NCBI RefSeq assembly: GCF_006345805.1
Contig: NW_021836783.1
Span: 1-21,824, forward strand
Origin: Octopus sinensis
Taxonomy: Eukaryota
Direction: 5' to 3'
DNA: 21,824 bases
Both the position numbers and the translations under genes were made by a program. Positions 11,134-20,535 of the stretch are shown here, one piece after another; position 1 is the stretch's first letter, and each line of letters starts with the position of its first letter. The notes beneath the pieces were generated by a model, which did no database searches, was not told the origin of the DNA, and was given only the letters and a program-made list of their open reading frames with translations.

Positions 11134-11164
<31 letters not shown>
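11134..11164. repeat. (CA)n microsatellite
   Basis: Seen directly. Confidence 0.95.
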
Positions 11165-11166
<2 letters not shown>

Positions 11167-11448
11167 TTGTACGATATAATTTGCCTAGTTAGATAACAAA
11201 GGTATGCAGAATAAAGAGCAATGAAATTCTGTTTTATCTATTTGAAACAATAATACTAAATCATAGCAGACTTAGCAGCAGGAACGGGGAGTTATACTAT
11301 CCAATTAACAACAAAAACAACAATGACTAAATAACATAATACAGTGGTTTTCCCCAGTAGTACCAAAGTAGTTTAATCACTTTTATTATGCTACTAGAAA
11401 TAACAACGTTTGCAAATGTCTAGCCTACCTAATCCAATGATTGGGGCT

Positions 11449-11870
11449 TACTCTCTTACTCTTTTACTCTTTTACTTGTTTCAGTCATTTGACTGCGGCC
11501 ATGCTGGAGCACCGCCTTTAGTCGAGCAAATCGACCCCGGGACTTATTCTTTGTAAGCCCAGTACTTATTCTATCGGTCTCTTTTGCCGAACCGCTAAGT
11601 AACGGGGACATAAACACACCAGCATCGGTTGTCAAGCAATGCTGGGGGGACAAACACAGACATACAAACACATACATACATACACATATATATATACATA
11701 TATACGACGGGCTTCTTTCAGTTTCCGTCTAACAAATCCATTCACAAAGCTTTGGTCGGCCCGAGGCTATAGTAGAAGACACTTGCCCAAGGTGCCACGC
11801 AGTGGGAATGAACCCAGAACCATGTGGTTGGTTAGCAAGCTACTTACCACACAGCCACTCCTGCACCTAT
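11449..11870 (-). mobile_element. Full-length CORE-type tRNA SINE (family C)
   Basis: Minus-strand head ataggtgcaggagtggctgtgtggtaagtagc...gggttcattccc; CORE-like accttgggcaagtgtcttc; internal TA/TG tract; (GTAAAAGA) tail. Paralog at 21263-21689. Confidence 0.9.
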
Positions 11871-12058
11871 TCTGTTGTGCAATTGCTAGTCACTGGAAAT
11901 GTTTGATACATCTCACCCTTGGAATAGCCTAAATTCTTGCATTCAAACGTGTATGTAGTTAACCTATCACCCAGAGGATCTGCTGTTTGGCAATCAAAAT
12001 GAAAACCCTCTGTGCACTTTCCAATATGGGCTACCAAATTTCTATATACTCTGTCGAA

Positions 12059-12558
12059 GGCCAATTACTACAGTATTTGTCCTAAGATAGTGAAGGTGCA
12101 TAAGATAGTGAGTTCGATTCCTGGACCAGGCTGTGTGTTGTGTTGTTGAGCAAGACACTTTATTCCACGTTGCTCCCATTCATTCAGATGTTCAAATGAG
12201 TTACGACGTTACTGGTGCCAAGCTACATGAGTCTTTCCCTTGGATAACATCGGTAGCATGGAGAGGGGAGGCTGATACACATGGGTGACTGCTGGTCTTT
12301 TATAAACAACCTTGCCTGGGCTTGTGCCTCAGAGGGTAACTTTCTAGGTGCAATCCCATGGTGACTCATGACCAAAGGGGATCTTTACCTGCCAAAACCC
12401 TACGATTTTTGTCCTAAGATAACTTCTCTCATGAACGTCAGTGTTGATAGCACTATAAATATCAGAAAGAGACAATAATTTTTCCCAGCAGCAACCAGTG
12501 AAAGCACCAAATGCCCATAGGAGATGTTATCTTAGGACAAATACTGCAAGAACTGGCC
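12059..12558. mobile_element. ~168-bp GGCC-terminated MITE-like inverted repeat, left arm split by a SINE
   Basis: After removing the SINE and one TSD copy, the 43-bp arms match at 36/43 with a perfect core cagtatttgtcctaagataac; the right arm is 12516-12558. Confidence 0.6.
12090..12407 (+). mobile_element. CORE-type tRNA SINE (family D) with a partly deleted head
   Basis: B box gagttcgattcc; CORE-like ttgagcaagacacttta. 14-bp TSD TTTGTCCTAAGATA at 12076-12089 and 12408-12421. Confidence 0.85.
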
Positions 12559-12953
12559 TGTCAACAGTGTACATACATTAATATATGATACATAGATGAC
12601 TAATTTACTTAAATACTGCCTCAATTGCATATAGTGGATTTTTTGGTCAGTCAGCCAGTTATTTGAAACATCAGTTAATGCTTAATTTCTTTTTCCCTTT
12701 ATCAATGATGATGGATTCTCATCCACGCATGTGGCAGGCTGTGCATCATTGAAAGGGTTCACAAAGGCTGAAGTACATCTGACGTTCTTGCTGGCCACGG
12801 CTGGAATGGCTTTTCATGCCTCTCTGATATTTATTGTGTGTTTTAACACAGCAAGTCCATAAGAGTAATTTGCCTGTCAACAGTGTGTATACATTAAATA
12901 TGATGCATAGATGGCTATTTTAATTAAATCCTGCCCCATTTGCATATAGTGGA
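12556..12953. repeat. Diverged ~82-bp direct repeat with 316-bp spacing
   Basis: gcctgtcaacagtgt...tgcatatagtgga at 12556-12638 and 12872-12953. Confidence 0.75.
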
Positions 12954-13091
12954 CTACTATATAGTCATATGCTATTATATATCACATACATACACAACCA
13001 AAATCATATATTACTAATTAAAATACACATACACGACTATATAGTCATATACTACTATTATAATACACTACTTTTTAGTCATGCACTACTA

Positions 13092-13400
13092 CAGTGGTTC
13101 TCAAACTTTCAAAAGATTTTACGTGCTGGTCTCAGTCCTTGCAGTTTTTCAATGGTTCACCCAACAAGCTAAAGAGGCACTTGAAAACAAAGCATCCCTG
13201 TTCAATAAATAGAGATGTCTACTTCTTCAGACACGAAGCTGACAGATTGATAAAATCCAAACTTGATCACACAGGAAGTAGATACCGAAACCTCGGGGCA
13301 CAAAATGACACTGTGGCTTCCCTTCTCCACCGGACTTTATCACAATAAAACTAAATTTCAAATAAGATTCGTTGTATCTCATTTTTTGTCTCAAAGAGGC
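13092..13400. mobile_element. Rearranged hAT (Buster/Charlie) remnant
   Basis: TIR CAGTGGTTCTCAAACTTT at 13092, preceded by cacTActa. Plus strand gives frameshifted VLAVFSMV/PNKLKRHLKTKHP..RDVYFF; minus strand gives RYNESYLKFSFIVIKSGGEGKPQC. Confidence 0.8.
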
Positions 13401-13415
13401 AAAGTGGCCGAGTTC

Positions 13416-13714
13416 CCTTTGAGTGTTGGGCCTCACAGATGCAACAACTGAGACCTTTGGCATTATGCTGTGCTTGAGAAGAAGACCAATCAAGCCGGGC
13501 AAAATCTCAGTCATGGCAGATACCAGTGTCACGCAAATGGCACCCTTTACACTCTCAGAGTGGTTGGCATTAGGAAGGACATCCAGCCATAGAAAACTAT
13601 GCCAAATCAGACTAGAGTCTGGTGCAACCTTCCAGCTTACCAGCCCTGGTCAAACTGTCCAATGCACACCAGCCTGGACAACGGACATTAAATGATTATG
13701 ATGATGATGATGAT
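13416..13714 (+). mobile_element. 5'-truncated RTE-clade LINE 3' end
   Basis: Degenerate ORF end (LGLTDA...); conserved ggttggcattaggaaggacatccagc block; (GAT)n tail. Confidence 0.8.
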
Positions 13715-14029
13715 AGTTTATGTTTATTTCACATTTATCATATACTACGGGTATGCATATATGCATTATTGTAGCCATCTTTTGGGTGTACTAATTAGCA
13801 ATAAAACTTACCTCTCACTTTTAATTGTGGAAGAAAACCTAAGTGTATGTGAGGATTGTTTTGTCACATACCTCCGTGAATTGATAACCGTTGAGAAGAC
13901 AGTTCAGTCAGAACATGTTGCCATGGAAAACAACTAAGCCTTTTAAAGCCCAGCTACCATGCAGGATGAGAATGTGTATCTGGCAAAGGGCAAGGTCATA
14001 TGGGAACATGCACCAGTGAGGATAATGAG

Positions 14030-14254
14030 AGCAGGTTGCCTTCTCAGGTCAGACTGACTCATGAGAGCCAGTTTTCCAATTTTCTGGATGGGATGCCGGG
14101 CCATCACAAGATTACTTATTTTTGCCAGCTGAGTGGACTAGAGAGCAAAGTGAAGTGAAGTATTTTGCTCAAGAACACAACACATCACCCAGTCCAGGAA
14201 TCAAAGCCACAATCATGAGTCCAACACCCTAACCACTAAGCCATGCATCTCCAC
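14030..14254 (-). mobile_element. CORE-type tRNA SINE related to family D
   Basis: Minus strand gtggagatgcatggcttagtggttagggtgttggactcatg...gattcctggactggg...gtgttgtgttcttgagcaaaatacttc. The 3' boundary is approximate. Confidence 0.8.
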
Positions 14255-14464
14255 TTTTCCCTAATTGATATTAAGAAAAATAAATACCAGAAATAAATAC
14301 AGAGCAGTTCAACATTACTGACCTCATTCCACTTTAAAGAAACTCAGGCTTTTTTGGTTTTTCTAAATTGCTAAACCTTTAACAGAGTCTGCTAGCTATG
14401 AGAACTCAGCATAATGGTGCTCCTATGGACTGCTAGTCTTAAAACTCCTTTGTTGTATCTTAAA

Positions 14465-14788
14465 CTAGCAGTATCGCCCGGCGTTGCTCGGGTTTGTAAG
14501 GGAAATAACTATATAAGCATTTTTAGAGAGTTATAGCCAAAAAATAGCAAAAAATGAGAGTTACTTCCCTTATATAATAGCGAAAAATGCATTAAATGGA
14601 AAAAAATTATGGTAAATTTTTTTTTAATCGTAGACTCATCGTGACGCGCGCTAATACCCAGAAGGGCTCGATATGAATCACGACTATAAGATACCCGGTT
14701 TTGGTTAAACTGCACTGCAAAATGTGGGAGTAGTTAGGAATCTAAATCGTAGGAGACAGACACACAACTTCTCTTTTATATATAAAGA
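14465..14788 (-). mobile_element. Non-autonomous Helitron, 324 bp
   Basis: The minus strand starts A|TCTTTATATATAAA and ends CTAG|T. GC hairpin CCCGAGCAACGCCGGG lies 8 nt before CTAG; no TSD; A^T target. Confidence 0.88.
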
Positions 14789-15194
14789 TGGTTAAAATAA
14801 AAGACAGCTGAGAACTGAACACTGGTCAGCACCAACATGCATGATAAATTTCTTGTTAGGCTCATTGAGCGTTCTCAGGTTGATGACATCATCTTTGTAC
14901 ATGACTTGCTTAAATTCTCACACACATTCTCCACATTCTGCCTTTTGGATTTTGGGAGTCGGTAAATAAAAAATACCATTCCAGAGCAGTCAATTTGTGG
15001 AATTGTTGGAATATCATTAAATTCCTTGTGGTATTCATCCTAGGTATCTGCTTTCTAGGATCAAATTCCATTAGGAATTCAGATCCTATTGATGGACAAG
15101 GTTAATCAGCCAGTGATGAGATCATAATTGATTATGAAAGCTGTGCAAATGATGGAGGGTGGGTGTGGCTGTCTGCTACACATGATAATTTTCC

Positions 15195-15200
15195 GTGTGT

Positions 15201-15239
<39 letters not shown>
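15195..15239. repeat. (GT)n microsatellite
   Basis: Seen directly. Confidence 0.95.
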
Positions 15240-15241
<2 letters not shown>

Positions 15242-15277
15242 TACATAGTGCAAACATTGTCTGATATAGATCTCAAT

Positions 15278-15315
<38 letters not shown>

Positions 15316-17199
15316 TAAGCGTCCGCTTTCCATGCTAGCATGGGTTGGACGGTTCGACCGGGGTCTGGGGAGCCAGGGGCTGCACCAGGCTCCAGTCTGA
15401 TCTGGCAGTGTTTCTACAGCTGGATGCCCTTCCTAACACCAACCACTCAATGAGTGTAGTGGGTGCTTTTTACGTGCCACCCGCACAGGTGCCAGACGGA
15501 GCTGGCAAATGGCCATGAACGGATGGTGCTTTTTACATGCCACCGGCACGGGGGCCAGGCGAGGCTGGCAACGGACACGAACGGATGGTGCTTTTACATG
15601 CCACCGGCACGGGAGCCAGGCGAGGCTGGCAACGGACACGAACGGATGGTGCTTTTACATGCCACCGGCACGGGGGCCAGGCGAGGCTGGCAACGGACAC
15701 GAACGGATGGTGCTTTTACATGCCACCGGCATGGGGGCCAGGCGAGGCTGGCAACGGACATGAACGGATGGTGCTTTTACATGCCACCGGCACGGGAGCC
15801 AGGCGAGGCTGGCAACGGACACAACGATGGTGCTTTTACATGCCACCGGCACGGGAGCCAGGCGAGGCTGGCAACGGACACGAACGGATGGTGCTTTTAC
15901 ATGCCCCGGCACGGGGGCCAGGCGAGGCTGGCAACGGACACGAACGGATGGTGCTTTTACATGCCACGGCATGGGGCCAGCGAGGCTGGCAACGGACATG
16001 AACGGATGGTGCTTTTACATGCCACCGGCACGGGAGCCAGGCGAGGCTGGCAACGGACACGAACGGATGGTGCTTTTACATGCCACCGGCACGGGAGCCA
16101 GGCGAGGCTGGCAACGGACACAAACGGATGGTGCTTTTACATGCCACCAGCACGGGGGCCAGGCGAGGCTGGCAACGGACACGAACGGATGGTGCTTTTA
16201 CATGCCACCGGCACGGGAGCCAGTGAGGCTGGCAACGGACACGAACGATGGTGCTTTTACATGCCACCGGCACGGAGCCAGGCGAGGCTGGCAACGGACA
16301 CAAACGGATGGTGCTTTTACATGCCACCAGCACGGGGGCCAGGCGAGGCTGGCAACGGACACGAACGGATGGTGCTTTTACATGCCACCGGCACGGGAGC
16401 CAGGTGAGGCTGGCAACGGACACGAACGGATTTGCTTTTACATGCCACCGGCACGGGGGCCAGGCGAGGCTGGCAACGGACATGAACTGATGGTGCTTTT
16501 ACATGCCACCGGCACGGGGGCCAGGCGAGGCTGGCAACGGACATGAACGGATGGTGCTTTTACATGCCACCGGCACGGGAGCCAGGTGAGGCTGGCAACG
16601 GACACGAACGGATAGTGCTTTTACATGCCACCGGCACGGGGGCCAGGCGAGGCTGGCTGGCAACGGACATGAACGGATGGTGCTTTTACATGCCACCGGC
16701 ACGGGAGCCAGGCGAGGCTGGCAACGGACACGAACGGATGGTGCTTTTACATGCCACCGGCACGGGGGCCAGGCGAGGCTGGCAACGGACATGAACGGAT
16801 GGTGCTTTTACATGCCACCGGCACGGGAGCCAGGCGAGGCTGGCAACGGACACGAACGGATGGTGCTTTTACATGCCACCGGCACGGGAGCCAGGCGAGG
16901 CTGGCAACGGACACAAACGGATGGTGCTTTTACATGCCACCAGCACGGGGGCCAGGCGAGGTTGGCAACGGACACGAACGGATGGTGCTTTTACATGCCA
17001 CCGGCACGGGAGCCAGGCGAGGCTGGCAACGGACACGAACGGATGGTGCTTTTACATGCCACCGGCACGGGAGCCAGGCGAGGCTGGCAACGGACACAAA
17101 CGGATGGTGCTTTTACATGCCACCAGCACGGGGGCCAGGCAAGGCTGGCAACGGACACGAACGGATGGTGCTTTTACATGCCACCGGCACGGAAGCCAG
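15278..17199 (-). mobile_element. RTE-clade LINE 3' end with an expanded internal minisatellite
   Basis: (CAT)n tail at 15278-15314; body at 15315-15460 homologous to 18582-18734 and 19870-20000; it runs directly into the 61-bp array. Confidence 0.85.
15461..17199. repeat. 61-bp GC-rich tandem array, about 28.5 copies
   Basis: Unit GGTGCTTTTACATGCCACCGGCACGGG(A/G)GCCAGGCGAGGCTGGCAACGGACACGAACGGAT; no unique spacers. Confidence 0.97.
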
Positions 17200-17262
17200 T
17201 TGGGTAAATTAAATAGAAAAGCTTATCACCAATGGTGACAGTCTATTTAGAGTTACAGAAGA

Positions 17263-17660
17263 CATCATCATCATCATCATCATCATCATCATTTTAACAT
17301 CCACTTTCCATGCCGGCATGGGTCAGACGATTTGACTGGAACTGGGATCCGGAGAGCTGTACCAAACTCCGGTCTGATTCAGCTTGGTTTCTACGACTAG
17401 ATACCCTTCCTAACAACCAACTACTCTAAGAGTGTAGTGGGTGCCTTTTACATGTCACTAGCACTGTGCATGATTATGAGTTCACTTGGCTTGAGTGCCT
17501 CCTACAGCACAGCAAATTACCAAGGGTCTCGCTCACTTTTCATTTCCTCCATCAGACTCAACATCTAAAGGCCATGCTTCAATGCCTCATCCCATGACTT
17601 CCTCAGTTTCTACTTCCATAGGTTCCCTCTACAGTTCAAGGTCACTACTTCTTTACAGTG
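17263..17660 (-). mobile_element. Older 5'-truncated RTE-clade LINE 3' end
   Basis: (CAT)n tail and diverged terminal block. The minus strand reads degenerate TVEGTYG..RKSWDEALKHGL*MLSL..RDPW*FAVL, typical of an RTE ORF C-terminus. Confidence 0.78.
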
Positions 17661-17675
17661 TATAATTTGACATCT

Positions 17676-17765
17676 AGGTGTCTGCCGCTATAGCCCCGAG
17701 CCGACCGGAGCTTTGTGATTGAATTCGGTAGGTAGAAGTTACTGCCATGTGTGTATGTATGCGTA
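17676..17765 (+). mobile_element. Family C SINE internal fragment
   Basis: gtgtctgccgctatagccccgagccgaccggagctttgtga aligns with the reverse complement of the CORE region of 11449-11870. Confidence 0.6.
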
Positions 17766-17814
17766 TAGCTGCTCAGTGCCTCTCCGAAAGAGAGAGAGGG
17801 GAAAAAAAAAATTA

Positions 17815-18581
17815 CACAAAAATGAAAAATAACACTGACATCTCATTTTAACAGATATATTTACCACAATTACATAAAAATATCTTGAAATACTAAAGAG
17901 TAAATTTATTCAATAAAATCACCATGGTCTCCAGACGACTTCAGAATCTCTTGCAACTATTCTGGAAGGCCTCCTGGTTCAAGTAGGTAAATGCTGCCAT
18001 AATCCTTGCCTTCAGTTCATCTTTGGTATTTACAAAGAGTTTTGTTGGTCTCTTGCTTAAGTGTGCCCCACACATAATAAAGGGGTTGCAATCTGGGGTG
18101 TTAGGTGGCCAGATGTTAAGAGTAAAGTGGTCGCAGAAATTGTCTGACAGCCATGACTGGGTTCCCCTGCTTGTATGGCATGGCGCAGAGTCCTGTTGCC
18201 AGACATAGGGTCTTCCAGCAGCTACCTTTTTGACCCAGGAGAGCACTACTGCTTCCAGGCACTGGATGCAGGCCTCCATATTGAGTCCAAGGCCATGTGT
18301 GAAGATGAATGGAGACATAGCATCATCACTAGTGATCACTCCAAACACCTTGATGTTGACCAGATGTTTGCTTTTTTATCACTCTCAATACATGTCCTCT
18401 GAAGCTTCTGGCATAAATGTACAGCATGTCGTTTCCAAATTTCTGGGGGAATGAATTTGCGTCATGGTATCGCTTTTCTTACAGATGACCCTACAATACT
18501 GAGTAGTTGACAAAATCAAAAACAAACAATGTGCATACATGATAGTATAAATATAAAATGGTGACAATTTATCTATCGCAC
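17815..18581 (-). mobile_element. Tc1/mariner-superfamily maT-like (DD37D) transposase remnant
   Basis: VFGVITSD, YVWQQDSAPCH, WPPNTPDCNP and ELKARIMAAF motifs. The spacing from QQD to the expected PL(D) is 37. Internally deleted; TIRs not clear. Confidence 0.85.
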
Positions 18582-18734
18582 CGAGTGGTTGGCGTTAGGA
18601 AGGGCATCCAGCTGTGGAAACACTGCCAGATCAGACTGGAGCCTGGTGCAGCCTCCTGGCTTCCCAGACCCCGGTCGAAACGTCCAACCCGTACTAACAC
18701 AGAAAACGGATGTTAAACGATGATGATGATGATG
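18582..18734 (+). mobile_element. RTE terminal fragment
   Basis: gagtggttggcgttaggaagggcatccagctg...gttaaacgatgatgatg. Confidence 0.85.
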
Positions 18735-18753
18735 TTATATATATATATATATT

Positions 18754-19534
18754 TACAAATTCCATTGATGTTCATCTATTTTGATTTGTTTTGATTTGAT
18801 CACTTGCCTCAACAGGTCTTCACAAGTGTCACAAGAAGGAAGGTATGCACAGGCGGACTGACTACGTCCCAGGTAGGGGCCACGGGTTATGGCCTGACTA
18901 GTCTTGCCGGGTCTTCAGATGGTGTTTTTATGTGCCACCGAACAGGTGCCTGATGAGGCTGGCTAACGGACATGATCGGATGGTGTTTGTTACGTGCCCA
19001 CAGCACAGAGGCCAGTCGATGCCGGTACTGGCTACGGCCATGTTCGGATGGTTTTCTTGTGTGCCACCGGCACTGGTACCATAAGATACAAATTCCATTG
19101 ATGTTCATCTATTTTATTTTGATTTTCACTTTCACTTGCCTCAAAAGGTCTTCACAATGTCACAAGAAGGAAGGTATGCACAGGTGCTGACTACGTCCCA
19201 GGTTGGGGCCACGGATTAGGCCTGACTAGTCTTGCCGGTCTTCGGATGGTTTTTTATGTGCCACCGACACAGGTGCCTAGTCTTGCCGGGTCTTCGGATG
19301 GTGTTTTTATGTGCCACCGACACAGGTGCCGGATGAGCTGGCGAACGGCCACGATCGGATGGGTTTTGTTACGTGCCCACAGCACGGAGGCCAGTCGATG
19401 CAGTACTGGCTACGGCCACATTCGGATGGTTTTCTTGTGTGCCACCGGCACTGGTACCACAAAGATACAAATTCCATTGATATTCATCTATTTCGATTTT
19501 GTTTGATTTTTTTTTTGATTTTCACTTGCCTCAA
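18754..19534 (-). repeat. ~333-bp tandem duplication of an RTE 3' UTR segment (about 2.2 copies)
   Basis: Anchor tacaaattccattgat at 18754, 19087 and 19466. Each unit holds three diverged ~60-bp subunits homologous to the 61-bp monomer; extra 51-bp duplication at 19226 and 19277. Confidence 0.85.
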
Positions 19535-20535
19535 TATATATATTATATTAATATATATATATATTATATTATATATATATATATATATATATAATATAAT
19601 ATATATATATATATATATATATTATATTATATATATATATATATTATATTATATATATATATATGATATTATATATATTATATTATATTATATATATATT
19701 ATATTATATATATATATTATATTATATATATATATATTATATTATATTATATTATATATATATATATATATATTATATTATATATATATATATATATATA
19801 TTATATTATTATATTATATTATATTATATATATATTATATTATATTATATTATATTATATTATACAGTTTCCAGCTGTAGAAACACTGCCAGATCTGACT
19901 GGACTGGTGCAGCTTTTCGGCTCCCCAGACCCCAGTTGAACCGTCCAACCCATGCTAGCATGGAAAGCGGACATTAAATGATGATGATGATGATGATGAT
20001 ATTATATTATATATATAATATATATTATATTATATATATATATATATAATATATTATATTATATTTTATATATTATATTATATATATATATATATATATT
20101 ATATTATATATATTATATTAATATTATATTATATTATATTATAATATATATTTTATAATATAATATATATTATATATATATATATTATATTATATTTATT
20201 ATATAATATATTATATTATATATATATATATATATTATTTATATATATTATATTATTATATTAACAAGAACTCACTACTTGAACAATTGACTTAAACAGG
20301 ATTCGAATAATCCTATCAGGTGGTGCTATTAAGTTAGACATGGCCTGGACCAATCTCTGGTCGAAACATATCTAAGTTTTATCTAAGTTTTATATATATT
20401 ATATTATATTATATATTATATTATATTATATATATATATTATATTATATTATATATATATATTATATTATATTATATATATATTATATTATATATATATA
20501 TATATATTATATTATATATATTATATATATATATT
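19535..20535. repeat. TA/TATAT low-complexity field (interrupted at 19864-20000 and 20263-20388)
   Basis: Seen directly; source of the I/Y/L-rich spurious ORFs. Confidence 0.92.
19870..20000 (+). mobile_element. RTE terminal fragment
   Basis: ccagctgtagaaacactgccagatc...catgctagcatggaaagcggacattaaa followed by (TGA)n. Confidence 0.85.

Noticed and set aside
13845-13871. Donor-like GTATGTG on the minus strand near 13870
   Set aside because: It is one arm of an 8-bp hairpin (gtatgtga/tcacatac) and would define a 33-nt intron.
14860-14961. Plus-strand 102-nt exon-like segment (LIERSQVDDIIFVHDLLKFSHTFSTFCLLDFGS); VDDII resembles an RT motif
   Set aside because: Isolated, with no partner exons or homology recognised; spacing to other RT motifs does not fit.
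15461-17199. CRISPR-like array
   Set aside because: The whole 61-bp unit repeats with no unique spacers, there are no cas genes, and the context is a eukaryotic retroposon.
18949-18990. CTGATGA motif in the RTE UTR duplication
   Set aside because: No downstream GAAA or stem II; it is a point variant of the gccagacgagg subunit.
20343-20372. Hammerhead-like GACCA-ATCTC-TGGTC-GAAACATATC
   Set aside because: The stem II, GAAA and YRYRUH pattern fits, but the CUGANGA core is missing and stem I cannot be formed.
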